Below are positions 1-11,836 of a DNA stretch of 64,000 nucleotides, piece by piece. Location: positions 608,001 to 672,000 of the forward strand of contig CAWBAT010000006.1 of NCBI GenBank assembly GCA_963786955.1, in the 5' to 3' direction. The first letter of the stretch is position 1. Each line of letters begins with the position of its first letter. The position numbers and the translations under genes are program-made. The notes under the pieces are model-generated. The model worked only from the letters and a program-made list of their open reading frames with translations. It did no database searches and was not told where the DNA came from. Origin of the DNA: an uncultured Acidimicrobiia bacterium (GTDB taxonomy: Bacteria > Acidobacteriota > Terriglobia > Versatilivoradales > Versatilivoraceae).

Positions 1-955
1 TGATCTTCGATGACCAGTTGGCGATACAGATCTGAGTTTTGCGAGAAGAAAAGCTGCGAAAAGAGATCCATGGCAGACATCTCATAGGATGTGTCGCTGA
101 AAGCGGGCCCATGGTAGCCCATGGCCAGGATTGGAAGGGTCTCCGACTTCCAGGACACATTGGTCAAGTTTCTCCTTGGTTTGGGCGGCTCGGGAGGGAT
201 CACACCTTGGTAATTGCCGCGTTTCCATCCGCCAAAATATTTCTTTGCAAGAGTCAGTACTTGCTCGTTTTTGAACATCGCCCACCACAATCAGTGCGCA
301 ATTCTCGGGACGATACCAGCGATCGAAGAATTGCAGACTGTAATCAAACTGGTTTGGCATATCCATGATGTCATTAAGAAATCCGATTGTCGTATGTTTG
401 TACGGATGAACAACGTAAGCGGTATCCTGCATCTTTTCGAATAGGGTCTCCATCGGGCTAGAGAAATTCTTGTTGTACTCCCCCAGAATCGCGCCAGCCT
501 CGGTCTTGAAGTCCTCTTCTGAGTATTTCAGGTTCATAAATCGGTCGGATTCAAGTTGCATCAATGTGTCCAGGGAGCGAGAACTTGCTAGGATGTGATA
601 AACCGTCATATCGTTGTCAGTAAATGCGTTATGATCTGCACCAATCGATTTCAAATCGTTGTTGTAAGTTTCTTTGGGATATTTCTCGGTCCCCCGAAAC
701 ATCATGTGTTCAAAGAAATGGGCAAATCCGGAGTGGCCAGGTTCTACTTCATTTCGTGATCCCACACGAACAATCGTGTAATAGGAAACAATACCCGGAC
801 TGTCAAAAGGGACTGTAATAACTTTCAGCCCATTTTCGAGAACTGACTGGTATGTCGGATAGTTAAAAACTTGATTGTCTTTTGCTAGTGACTGTCCCTC
901 TGCAATGCCGAACATAAGGAGCAAATAAGAACCATCGAATGAAGAAATTGATCAT
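1..955 (-). CDS. M16 (pitrilysin/insulinase) family zinc peptidase, runs off the window; frameshifted
   Basis: ORF 82..924 has the inverted zinc motif HFFEH in GFAHFFEHMMFRGT plus NAFT; GGAGG RBS and ATG at 955 with a signal-like N-terminus in another frame. Confidence 0.9.
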
Positions 956-1091
956 TGTTCCTCCAGAACTTAAGAGCCAATTTGCCGCGAGACCAAAAAA
1001 AAAGCGCGGCCAGCACAATACCAGTCCTCGCGCTCACGGCGTTTATTCCAACCTTATTATAGTCGATCCCATGATATATTTTGGGTCTGGA

Positions 1092-2099
1092 TTAGTTGAC
1101 AAGATGCTGCATGACCGCTTCAGTAAATTGTGAAGTTGTCGTGGAGCCCGCCGATATCCGGAGTCAGGAAAACGCCCCTTGTGTAGACTCTTTCAATGGC
1201 GGATTGAATGCGATGAGCCTTATCACTTTCCCCTAAATGCTGGAACATGAGAACCGACGAAAGCAACATGGCGGTGGGGTTCGCGATCCCCTTCCCCGCA
1301 ATCGTCGGAGCACTTCCGTGGACGGGCTCAAATAAGGCGCAATCTTCGCCCAAGTTGGCCCCAGGGACCAGTCCCAAGCCTCCCACGAGTCCGGCGCCCA
1401 AGTCACTGAGGATATCCCCATAGAGATTCTCGATAAGCATGACATCGAACTGTCTGTGGATTAAGAACCATCTGCATGCAGGCATTATCAACAATCAATT
1501 CTTCATAGAAGACCTCTGGATACAACTGCGCCACATCCCGTACACATTTCAGAAAGAGCCCATCACTCAATTTCATGATGTTCGCCTTATGAATTGCCGT
1601 AATTTTTTTCCGGTGGTTTTGCCGCGCATAATCAAAAGCAAATCGGGCAATTCGCGTAGAGGCTTCGGCGGTGATAATTTTCAAGCTTTCGACAACACCC
1701 GGAACCACGACATGTTCCAATCCAGAATACAAATCTTCGGTATTCTCACGGACCACAATGAGGTCTACATTTTCAAACGAAGTTTTTACGCCCGGCATGT
1801 TCCGGATGGGTCTGAAATTTGCGTAGAGGTTAAACGTTTTTCGAAGAGTCGACATTGATACTGGCAAATCCTTCCCCTACGGGGGTCGTCACGGGACCTT
1901 TGATGGCGACTCGATTTCGGCGGATAGATTCTAAGAGATCGTCGGGAAGGTGCTGCCCGCATTTCTGATAGGCCACTTCTCCCGCCTCGTAGATTTCCCA
2001 TTGCACATCAATTCCGGCAGACTCCACAACCTCTTGCATCGCGGAAGCGACTTCCGGCCCGATCCCGTCCCCAGGAATCAGAGTAATGGTGTGTTTCAT
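1092..2099 (-). CDS. Isocitrate/isopropylmalate dehydrogenase family (NAD-IDH-like), three frameshifted pieces
   Basis: ITLIPGDGIGPEV, VRENTEDLYSG, AIHKANIMKLSDGLF, ENLYGDILSDL and FEPVHGSAP across ORFs 1830..2111, 1403..1867 and 1120..1494. Confidence 0.9.
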
Positions 2100-2313
2100 A
2101 AGCCCTCGCATGGTTCATTATATTTCCTTCCCGTTGAATATAAAGAGACATTTGAAAAAAGAAGGATCTGAGATGGGAGTTAAGAGGATCTCCAAAAGCG
2201 CACGCATATAAGGGCCCCACACTTGATTCGGGCTGGAAATCATTTAACCTTTAAAAGGTTTATGATCAATTGCTTCCCGCGAGCGGCTATTGCATAATGG
2301 ACGATGGGTTAAA

Positions 2314-3324
2314 ATGAATCCGTGCTAGATTTATCCTTTTGATTTTGATGCTTCTCTCTGCACAGTTCCGTGCATTGCTCAAAAGGATCCCTTGTCTTTG
2401 TATTCCCAGTACGACCCTCGCGTGTCGATGTTGATCTGGTCAAGTTGGCGTTTAACGTTTTTGACAAGAAACAGGCGGCAGGTGGAGAACTTACAAAAAG
2501 GGGACCTGATTCTTTACGAGGATGAGGTCAAACAAGAGATCTCCACTTTCGGGCAGGAGAGCACCTCACTGTCAATCATCCTGCTGCTGGATACCAGTGA
2601 AAGTTTAGCTCCCTTTATCAAGCAAGCAGAATCATTAAACCGTTCATGCCCAATGTTTTGGAACCCGGGGACGAGGTAGCGGTCATCGCATTTTCTGATT
2701 CGCCGAAAATGCTCTTAGACTTTACTGAGGACAAAACCAAGGTCCGTGCCGGCTTGAACGGCGGCTTTGTACTTCTCATTGTTTCTCAAACGCTAACAAA
2801 ACGGCTTCTCAGAATGCTTCCGATTCAATTCATATCGGTGGTGCTACCAATATCAATGATTCGGTTTATGTTGCTTCCAAGAATTTGAGATGATCCGGTT
2901 CTGAAAAACGTAAAATGATTGTCTTATTATCCGATGGGATGGGGAATCGTGGAGACAGCACCAGAGCCTGCGATGAGTTGAAAGTCTCGGGTGCCACATT
3001 GATGAAATCGGACTAGGATGGACCTCAAAGTTTCACCGGAGCTCAATGCTCGTGAACCGTTGGATCAAAGAGACTGGAGGAGCCTTATTACACTACTCTC
3101 CAGAACTTGAAATGAGAGAGAACTTGCAGTCTGCTTTCCGAAAGCTCGTTCCCGATATGGAGTTGCATACTCGCCTTCAAACAAGAAAAAGGACGGCCAG
3201 TATCGACGAATTCGGATGGAAGTCTCAAGGAATTCACCCTATGCTTTCAGGAACTTGTCGATCCGCGGACCACGAGGGTTATTTTGCCCCTTTGGGTATT
3301 ATTTCAGCATTAGCTAGGGACTGA
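2314..3324 (+). CDS. VWA domain protein (Acidobacterial VWFA type), heavily frameshifted
   Basis: LYEDEVKQEI..F, IILLLDTSES (MIDAS DxSxS), DEVAVIAFSD, LLDFTED and KETGG in successive frames; ends approximate. Confidence 0.7.
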
Positions 3325-3485
3325 TCTGGTCCCGAAAAGTAGAGTCCTACGAGCACAGCCCTCGATAGAAGGGACAGGAATCGTGAGGTTTCGACACGGA
3401 CAGTAGCCGGCTGAACAATGATCTGTTTACATTTTAAGCTTGGCATTTTAATAATCCAACTTGGTAGTCATCAATCGGTGATCTC

Positions 3486-3880
3486 ATGCCATTCAACGAA
3501 CCGCCTGGTTTTGCCAGGGCCCGGACCAAGGCCAGAAGTATGCCAATGATAAGGAACGGTCCACGAGTTACTTGGCAATGTGTTGCAGAAAGCGGTCAAG
3601 CATCAAGATCAACTGAAGGGCATATTGTGGGACTTGATGGTCCTTTACCGAATGCTCAAAGCATGGACAACGGGTGACTACAGGGAGATACCCTGGAAAA
3701 CCATTGTCATGGCTCTGGCAGCGATTTATTTCTTGAATCCGTTGGATCTGGTTCCTGATTTCATCCTTGGGATTGGCTACCTTGATGACGCCGTTGTCTT
3801 GGGTTTCGTCATGAACTCCATTCGAAAGGACGTATTTCTAAATACCGGGAGTGGGAAGAAGAAAAGGGGATCCCGACTGA
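3486..3880 (+). CDS. YkvA/DUF1232 family membrane protein
   Basis: YFLNPLDLVPDFILGIGYLDDAVVL motif; frameshifts at both ends. Confidence 0.85.
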
Positions 3881-4082
3881 TCCGAATGAATCTTTCGGGC
3901 ATCATCGAGCCATCAAACTCCCTCTTGCGCGATTCTTAGCATTCCTTACTTAAGGGTCTTTTGCAAAAATACAAGCACCATTCACCCGTTTGGCTTTTCT
4001 GTTTGCAAAGAAAAAGAAGGCTATTGAGTTGAGCTTCACTGGCTTATTCTATAGAAGAATGACAACTCTCAGGAGGCATTGA

Positions 4083-4852
4083 ATGAAACTCAGTCGATAA
4101 GATCGCGCTCGTAACGGGAAGTAGTACAGGGATCGGCCAAGCAATAGCGATTCGCTTTGCAAAAGAAGGTGCGGACGTGGTGATCAACTACAACCGGACT
4201 CCCAAGGGCGCCGAAGAAGCGCTTAAAGAAGTCGAGGCGGCCGGGACGTAAAGGATTGGTAGTTCAGGCTGACCTGTCAAAAACCTCTGATGTCAGGAAC
4301 CTGGTCAGTAAGGCCATTGAGCATTTTGGCAGGCTCGACATTCTCGTCAACAATGCCGGAATCGAAATCAATGCTCCTTTCTGGGAGGTCACTGAAGAAG
4401 ATTACGACAAAGTGGTCGACCTGAATCTTAAGGCTGTATTCTTCGGAACCCAGGCAATGGTTCAACATTTAATGAAAACCAAGCGGCGAGGGAAAATCAT
4501 CAACATCAGTTCGGTTCATGAAGACCTAGCTTTCCCGAACTTTGCAGCCTATTGCTGCGCTAAAGGCGGAGTCCGGATGTTAACCCGCAATCTTGCCGTA
4601 GAGTTAGGCCCACTGGGCATCAATATCAATTCAATTGCACCCGGCGCTATTGAGACTCCCATCAATTCAGCGTTGTTGAATAACCCCAAGAAACTGAATT
4701 CTCTCTTGCATCGAATTCCTCTCGGGTACATTGCAAAACCCAAAGACGTAGCCGGAGTCGCTATTTTTCTGGCTTCAGAAGAAGCGAATTACGTAACGGG
4801 CTCTACATACTTTGTGGATGCAGGGGTCAGCTTGTTTTATGAGGAGCAATAG
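4083..4852 (+). CDS. SDR oxidoreductase, glucose 1-dehydrogenase-like
   Basis: GGAGG RBS, ATG 4083; VTGSSTGIG in the upstream frame, NNAG, ISSVHE, YCCAK (YxxxK), PGAIETPIN. Confidence 0.85.
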
Positions 4853-5025
4853 AGTTATCCGCAAGAACCCGCAGAGGTCTTCTCTGCGTCACCCCGGCCA
4901 CTGCCCCACGCTTCACACTTAATTGCCAACAAATGGATCCATGACGTGGAAGGCGAAGCCTGCAACGCCGAAGAAAAACACGGCCTCGTGGATTCGGCCC
5001 TCCAGGCCAAATAATGAATTATCGG

Positions 5026-5063
5026 CTCCCCTCTGCGTGGGAGAGGGGATCGGGGGTGAGGGG
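5026..5063. repeat. CCCTCT...GGGAGAGGG..GGGTGAGGGG palindromic repeat
   Basis: ctcccctctgcgtgggagaggggatcgggggtgagggg; same family at 42549-42601 and 42692-42753. Confidence 0.7.
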
Positions 5064-5119
5064 AGAATGCGGCGCGAGTGGGAGGAAACCTGGGTGGCGC
5101 AACCCTACCGGGGATCATG

Positions 5120-6761
5120 CTTGAGAGAGCGCCGATCCTTGTGGGGTTTCGATGGTCTGTTTGGGGACGGGAGCCGAATTCGACAAAGTCAACATGAGAG
5201 GCAGTTGAAATGACCGAATGCTTTTTGAATTTAGCATCGTTCTTAAAGGGATGATCGGACCGATACTGCGCACCACGGCTTTCGTCTCTGGCCATCGCAG
5301 AAACGATAACTAACTCCGCCACCGTAATTAAATTGAGCAACTCACAAGCCGCCCGGTTGGCGGTTGTTTTCTTGAGGTGCGAGCCCAGATGCATCAGGTG
5401 GCGTAATGCTTCCTGCAGCTCACGCCCGTCCCGCAATATTCCAACTTTCTCCCACATCAGACGCTGGACAGAAGTCCTGATTTCCTTTAATCGTTGCAGC
5501 TCAGCCCCGCTGTCCTCCCAATTTAAAGACAGAGAAGGCAATGCAGGAGAAGCCTCCTGCATAGGGTCCGAAATAACTGCGCGACCTGCTCTGGCGCCAT
5601 ACACCAAGCCCTCCAATAAAGAGTTGCTGGCCAAACGGTTTGCGCCATGAACCCCCGTACAAGCGACTTCACCGGCCGCATAGAGATTTTTTAATGAAGT
5701 TCTCCCATGCAGATCCGTTTTAACTCCCCCCATCAAATAATGGGCCGCCGGATGAGTGGGAATCATATCCACGGTAATATCGATGTTGTAATTCATGCAA
5801 GTGGCATAGACCTTGGGAAATCGCTTCTTAATGAGGTTTGCATCCAAATGAGTCAAATCCAGGTAGACAAAGTTACTGTTGGTCTTTTTCATTTCCGCCG
5901 TGATCGCCCGTGAGACCACATCTCGAGGAGCCAATTCGCCCATTTCATGATACTGGCGCATGAACCGCTCACAATCAATATTGCGAAGGCATCCTCCTTC
6001 TCCGCGGATGGCCTCAGTGAGCAGAAATCGGGGGGCTCCGGAAAGAAACGAGGCCGTAGGATGAAATTGGAAAAATTCCATGTCCGCCATCGAGCCCCGG
6101 CGCGATGTGCCATGGCCAATCCATCCCCGGTGGCCAGATCCGGATTGGTCGTTTCGGAATAGACTTGCCCGGCTCCTCCTGAAGACAGAATCGTCCGTTT
6201 CGCCTAAATCCGTTTCACTTTCCGGTCTTCTTCATCCAGGTAGTAGGCGCCCAGAACGGTGCCATCATTGGCCAGGAGATCCAGCGTAAAACAATGTGAT
6301 TTCAAGCTGATGTTTGGAATTGAGGCAGCCCTCTTGAGAAGCACTCGAATGATTTCGTGCCCAGTCGAGTCCCCTTGCGCATGCAGCACGCGCGAGCGGC
6401 TATGGGCCGCTTCCTTCGAAAAGGACAGATGAGTTCCCTCCCGATCAAACGCAGTCCCCCATTCAATGAGCTCGGTGATGAAGGTAATACCCTCTTCCAC
6501 TAGGACCTTGACCGCATCCGGGAAACACAAACCGTCTCCGGCGCGAATCGTGTCTTCAAAATGAAGGCTCACTTCATCTTCATCACTCAACGCAACGGCG
6601 ATACCACCCTGAGCATATTGAGTATTGGATTCATCCGGGAAATCTTTAGTTAACACAATGACTTTTCCGGCCTCACTGGCTTCGATAGCGGCTCGTAATC
6701 CGGCAATTCCACTCCCAATGATCAGAAAATCTGTTTCGAGGATCTCAGAGTTAGGACTCAT
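5120..6761 (-). CDS. nadB: L-aspartate oxidase (frameshifted; 3' end approximate)
   Basis: [83 protein letters not shown]. Confidence 0.95.
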
Positions 6762-6910
6762 GCAGCTCCATTTCCCGTGCACGGGTTATTTCGACGATGC
6801 TTCTGAATGTTACTTTACAGTTGTTTAGTGTCTTAAGGCAACTTTGTTAAAGGGCGAGCGGCATGGAAACGGAATTCCTCCTTTTTCTGAAACGGCCTTA
6901 TTGGATTCCA

Positions 6911-6919
6911 TGGTATAGT
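6911..6919 (+). promoter_or_regulatory. Putative extended -10 promoter upstream of aroB
   Basis: TGGTATAGT (TGn-TATAGT) followed by a structured leader of about 250 nt. Confidence 0.4.
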
Positions 6920-7176
6920 GGGCGCCTCTGAAACGCCCGTTGCACAGGGGCAGGTAGAGAGAATTGCAGAGACACGGAGGAACCAAGCAGGATTTGCCGG
7001 TGGCGTGAAAGCTAGGGAAAATATTCCTCTCGATCGGGGGAAATCCTGCGTGCCTAAAGAGATTTTGAGAGCTTTCAATTTAAAAATGGCTTGGACCTTT
7101 TCTGAGGGCTTAATCTTAAACCGGAACGCTGTGCGCCACGCGATTCTGTCATTCGAACACGAAGAGATCGCCCACA

Positions 7177-8277
7177 ATGAAGTCCATCCCTGTCAACTGT
7201 GAAGGCCGCTCTTACAAAGTTCATGTTGGGCTTGGAATTTTTCCCCGCGCCGGGAGAATTCTCAAAGACTTGAACCTTTCGAAGCGGCTCGTCGTGATCT
7301 CCAACCGCCAGGTCCTTAAGCTCTATGGGACAACATTGGATCAGTCGTTCCGCGCAGCAGGGTTTGACGTTTCAATCATCAGCCTGCCGGATGGAGAACG
7401 CTACAAATCACTCGCGACAATCGAGAAAGATCTACCATCGAATGCTTCAATTGCGGCTGGACCGCAAAAGCACGCTCGTGGCTTTCGGCGGAGGCGTGGT
7501 CGGTGACATGGTCGGGTTTGCCGCCGCGACTTACCTGCGTGGAATTGCCTGCATTCAGATCCCCACAACACTGCTGGCTCAAATTGACAGCTGCGATTGG
7601 GGGAAAGACTGGTGTGAATCTCAAAGGCGGAAAAAATCTGGTCGGCGCTTTTTATCAGCCGATGGCCGTCATTGCCGATCCCTCACTGCTCGTCTCCTTG
7701 CCGGCACGCCAATTTCATTCAGGCCTTTATGAGGCCATTAAATATGGAATCATCCGAAGTCGCAATTTGTTTGATCTGATCACTCAAAAACATTCCCGTT
7801 TTCCCCGCAAGGAGAGAAATCGTCTCGAACAGATGGTCGCAGAATGTGCGGCGATCAAAGCTGACGTTGTCTCGGCGAGATGAAAGAGAGTCCGGCCTTC
7901 GCATGATTCTCAATTACGGGCACACCATTGGACACGCTCTCGAAGCCGCTACCCAATACCGGCGCTTCACTCACGGGGAGGCCATCGGCCACGGCATGAT
8001 CATGGCGAGCCAGTTAGCCGAGGCCCTCGGAAAAATTGAGCCGGTCTGAATCCCAAGAAATGATTCGCGTCATTCAACAGCTCTCACCACTCCCTTCAGT
8101 TCGTTCTCTAAGACCCCAACAGATCTTCCGCTATCTGCTCTCGGATAAGAAGATCATTGAGCAGCGACTTAGATTTGTTCTCCCTGTAGGTATCGGCGCT
8201 GTTGAAATTGCTTCAGACGTGCCCCGTTCTGCTGGTCGAACAACGTTCTTCGTTCCTACCTCCATGCTCGGTCCTAA
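7177..8277 (+). CDS. aroB: 3-dehydroquinate synthase (frameshifted)
   Basis: [70 protein letters not shown]. Confidence 0.95.
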
Positions 8278-8974
8278 AGCCGCCGAAATCCGTCGGATGT
8301 TCACGGCGATTGCCTATCGTTACGATTTTCTGAATCATCTGCTTTCCCTGAATATCGACCGGATCTGGCGCCGAAAAGCTGTTCAGATGCTGAAAGAGCC
8401 ACTGGGACAATCGAAGGCTCTTTGTCTCGATCTTTGCTGCGGAACAGGAGATCTTTCCTTTGCCATGCGGGCACGCGGAGTCGCCCGGGTTGTCGGGTCG
8501 GACTTCAGCCACACGATGCTGCAGCGGAATCAAGAAAAGATCCGGCAATGCGGGCTTGAGTCAAGCCATTTTCATCGTGGAAGCCGATGCCTTGTCGCTT
8601 CCATTCAAGTCAGATAGCTTTGATGGTTTGGCGATTGCATTTGGATTGAGAAATCTCGAGAATGTCAGTGCCGGGTTAATGGAAATGCACCGGGTCTTGA
8701 AACCCGGAGGCAAGCTGGTGGTGCTGGAATTCTCGCGCTTGACTCACCCATCTGCTGGACAGGGCATTTCAGTTTTATTTTCGCAATATCCTGCCGAGAA
8801 TCGGAGCCTTATTCTCCAGACATCCTATCCGCTTACTCTTATCTGCCCGCTTCGGTGCTTCAATTTCCCAACCAGGAACAGCTCAAAGGAGTTTTTGTGG
8901 AATGCGGTTTCCGGAACGTGAGTTATCGGAATCTGAGCGCAGGCATTGCTGCGATCCATTATGGCGAGAAGTGA
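8264..8974 (+). CDS. menG: UbiE/MenG quinone biosynthesis methyltransferase (frameshifted)
   Basis: [54 protein letters not shown]. Confidence 0.9.
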
Positions 8975-9029
8975 TCCAGCCTTGCATGATGTAATTATTG
9001 ACTGAAACGTCAACTCTGCGGAGCGGAAA

Positions 9030-9523
9030 TTGCCATTTCCATTGAGAATACCGAGATTTGCCATTGTGATCCTGGCTATGGGATTTGTCACTGCCGTGGG
9101 AATTTGGATTACTTCCCCTTTGAGGTCCCCTGTCCCCACTCCAGATAGATTCTTGGAAGAATTTTTCATGCATAGTCCTTCAAAAGAAACACTCAAAGCT
9201 GAAGCCAAGGAGAGGCGTGCTCGGATAAGAAAATCCTGTGTGGAGGAATATAGAGGCAATGAAATCTGTCGAGTTCATCATGAACCCTGAGGCCGGACGC
9301 CGTAATGGTCTACGGAGGAGGGCTCCCTCCGAAGCTCTCTGAAGCCAGCAAATTATTCTTCCCGAATTCAAATAAAGTATTCTTTGGCGATGACAACTAT
9401 CGAACGAGATTGGACTTTGATTGTGTGTTGTATTGTCCCATATGCAGAAAAGCGGAGAGCGAGTGGAGAGCACACCACCCTGAGAAACCGCGGCCCGAAG
9501 AAATACCCGAGGATGATGACTGA
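9030..9523 (+). CDS. Membrane-anchored hypothetical protein with a CxxH...CxxC putative metal site
   Basis: ORFs 9030..9290 and 9305..9523 join if one C is added in the run at about 9285 (CRVHHEP-LRPDAVMVYG...FPNS...YCPICRKAE); N-terminal TM segment. Confidence 0.6.
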
Positions 9524-9733
9524 TTTGCATAGTACCCAGGTACCCTTGGAGCAGCAGTACTCTTAACAGAAAGACCTGATTCTTCCCGCTACAATGCGCG
9601 ACTCCATGAACACGAATCTATCCCCAATTCCGAAGTAAGAAACAAAATCTTGTGTCAGTTACGGGGATAAATCCATGGTTGTAGCTGGGGCCGTTGGCCT
9701 CGGACAGGGACCGGCCTCAGCGAGGCTGACTAC

Positions 9734-10132
9734 CTCGAGATTGGATATTTGTTGGCACCCAGGATTCAGTAACGGTGCAGGCTTCCAAGCTTATATTGGT
9801 GGCACTATCGTTTCGTTTCGTCATTTGAAAATAGGTCTACGAAGCGGTCCATTCGCAGTCCTTCAGACATCCAGCGGCCTGAAGGGCCGCCACAATTTAG
9901 CCCAAGGGCAGAGCGCAGGGGCAATGCACGCAGCGCCGCCCTGGGTTGCGATCCCAATGAATCATCGGAGCCCTGTAAGGGCGCGACAATCGTGACAAGA
10001 GTTGTGTTGCACCCCTACAGGGTGCCCTTTCGTGGGTGGGGCCTGTGACCCAGGGGGCCGCTCCGGGCTTCGCCCTCCACTCTGGGCTATTTTATCTTGC
10101 CCTTCAGGGCAGCCGAAATGTCCAATCTCCAG
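9734..10132. mobile_element. MITE-like palindromic element, family A (TIR about CTGGAGATTGGACATTT)
   Basis: Left ctcgagattggatattt 9734-9750, right aaatgtccaatctccag 10116-10132; internal inverted TAGCCC..GCCCTGGG arms; related ends at 42406/42888 and 28739. Confidence 0.75.
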
Positions 10133-10196
10133 AGTCCCCCTTCCGCCAAGTGGCGGATGGCCGGCTACAGCACAAGCCCACGTGACGAAGAAGTAT

Positions 10197-10373
10197 TCAT
10201 TTCCAGACCTTGGCGGATTTATCCCAACGATACACTTTTATGCGGCTGGCGATATTGAAACTGATTGCAGAAGCGTCTCCTTGATCGTTTTCCAGGTAAA
10301 CCGTTCCAATGCCTCCGTTGATCTTGCCGAGCGGATTGTAAATAATCCTGTCACTGCCAAACGTAATCGGGTC
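10197..10373 (-). pseudogene. 3' fragment of a FimT/GspH-like pilin gene (copy of 14514-14690)
   Basis: Last 58 aa are 49/58 identical to the C-terminus of 14514..15068; no prepilin N-terminus. Confidence 0.85.
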
Positions 10374-10661
10374 CATCTTTATTCGGACCCTCAAAGACAT
10401 ACGCCCAGTATCCCCCTGAATAGTTCCGGCTTGTAGCATCTTCCACAGACTTTCTTGTCCTTTTCTATCCGGATTCGTGACATGATGATTTCCCCTGAAC
10501 TCTACTGCATCGCCTAACCAGACTGGGGATCATACTCGCGCAACTGGTCACAGATTAAGAAAAACCAGAATATTTGCAACCAAGGCACCTCGCGAGAATA
10601 CCTACCTAATTCATTGAAAACAAATACAATACTCCTCCTCAGGCCTGTCTGAAAGTTAACC

Positions 10662-10688
10662 TAAAGTTTACTGTCAAATAGCCGAATA
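10662..10688 (+). promoter_or_regulatory. Sigma28 (FliA/WhiG-type) promoter for pilin cassette 1
   Basis: TAAAGTTT-N11-GCCGAATA versus consensus TAAAGTTT-N11-GCCGATAA; RBS GGGAGG at 10698 and ATG at 10709. Confidence 0.7.
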
Positions 10689-10708
10689 AGACAATGCGGG
10701 AGGCTCTA

Positions 10709-11287
10709 ATGACGCGCAGCCGGTCAAAAGCAGGTTTCACGATGTCTGAAGTGGTTGTTGTCCTCGCAATTGTGGCAACGATGTTGGGGGCAATCATCCC
10801 AAATCTCATGACAGCAATCCAAAACTATCGTCTCAGCTCCTCCGCCCGTGACGTAGCAAGCCAGATTCAAAACGCCCGCTATCGCTCCCTGAAGAATAAC
10901 GCCGTGTGTTCCTTCATGCTGTTGCCAAGTGGCGGGCAGTTTGGTGTTGACTTGAGTGGAGACGGAAACATCTCGACGGGAACCACCGATGTCATTCTTC
11001 CTCTGAACTCCAATGTCTCCTTTACCGACTTGAATACTCCTCCTGCAAGTCTAACCAGTGTGACTACTCTGAGTACCGGATCTAAGAGCGGCATCGGATT
11101 CACACCACGCGGAACTCTCGCAAACATTAATACGACAACCGGATTGCCAGACTTTACGACAGCTCTCCCTGCTAACGGTTTTGTCATGTACCTTTCAAAC
11201 ACAAGAAACAAATACATGGCCATCACCGTAAGTCCGGCAGGGCGGGTACGAACCTGGAGTTCCAGCAACGGATCGACGTGGAGATGA
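10709..11287 (+). CDS. FimT/FimU (GspH-like) minor pilin, cassette 1
   Basis: Class III signal KAG|FTMSE plus hydrophobic helix; GFTPRG and ITVSPAGRV motifs. Confidence 0.85.
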   Translation: MTRSRSKAGFTMSEVVVVLAIVATMLGAIIPNLMTAIQNYRLSSSARDVASQIQNARYRSLKNNAVCSFMLLPSGGQFGVDLSGDGNISTGTTDVILPLNSNVSFTDLNTPPASLTSVTTLSTGSKSGIGFTPRGTLANINTTTGLPDFTTALPANGFVMYLSNTRNKYMAITVSPAGRVRTWSSSNGSTWR

Positions 11288-11823
11288 ACAACTCTTACCC
11301 TGTCGACGACCGGATAAGGATTATTCCAATGAAAATGAAACAAAGCAGGCGAGTGGTCAATCACAAGCAAAACGGCATGGCATCAGAAAGAGGTTTTACT
11401 CTGATCGAACTGATGATTGCCTCTCTTGTGTTGATTGTCGGATTGGCTGCGGTTGCGACAATGATCAGCTACGCTTTGACCTCGAATCTTATTACTAAGA
11501 ATGAATCCCTCGCTCTGAGTTTGGCCGAAAGAGAATTGGAACGGATCAAGGGTCTGAGTATCAATGATACGTTGCTTGCGGCAGGAGGAAGCACGGTCGC
11601 AAGCAACGGGAAAATTAGCTACAGTGGAAGTGCCGTTGCAAATTATGGCCGTGCGGTGACAGTGCCGGATGCCTATCAGGTTGGCAAATCGGCAAACTTT
11701 GACGTCCGATGGAACGTCACCGACATTGCGACAAACATCAAGAAGATAACCATCGCGTCTGTGAGAACGGGTGAAAGCGGACGATTTAATGCGGTTCAAC
11801 TGACTTACGTAAAAGCCCGATAG
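11278..11823 (+). CDS. PilV-like minor pilin, cassette 1 (start may be downstream)
   Basis: ERG|FTLIELMIA; AERELERIK; VRWNVT. Confidence 0.85.
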   Translation: MEMNNSYPVDDRIRIIPMKMKQSRRVVNHKQNGMASERGFTLIELMIASLVLIVGLAAVATMISYALTSNLITKNESLALSLAERELERIKGLSINDTLLAAGGSTVASNGKISYSGSAVANYGRAVTVPDAYQVGKSANFDVRWNVTDIATNIKKITIASVRTGESGRFNAVQLTYVKAR

Positions 11824-11836
11824 GTATGGAACATTT

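Noticed and set aside
4855-5120. Long C-terminal extension of NadB
   Set aside because: It translates a palindromic repeat (SPHPRSPLPRRG) and is most likely read-through from an indel
6985-7075. c-di-AMP (ydaO) riboswitch, suggested by GGAGGAACCA just upstream
   Set aside because: The GCUGAA, GGGGUGAAU and CCGUCAGCUAAC motifs are missing
8036-8617. Apparent AroB-MenG fusion ORF
   Set aside because: A frameshift near 8235 moves the aroB tail into the menG frame; a natural aroB stop (8277) and menG ATG (8264) exist
9675-10436. ORFs 9675..9995 and 10002..10436
   Set aside because: They are translations of the palindromic element and the antisense of the pilin fragment, with no protein-like motifs
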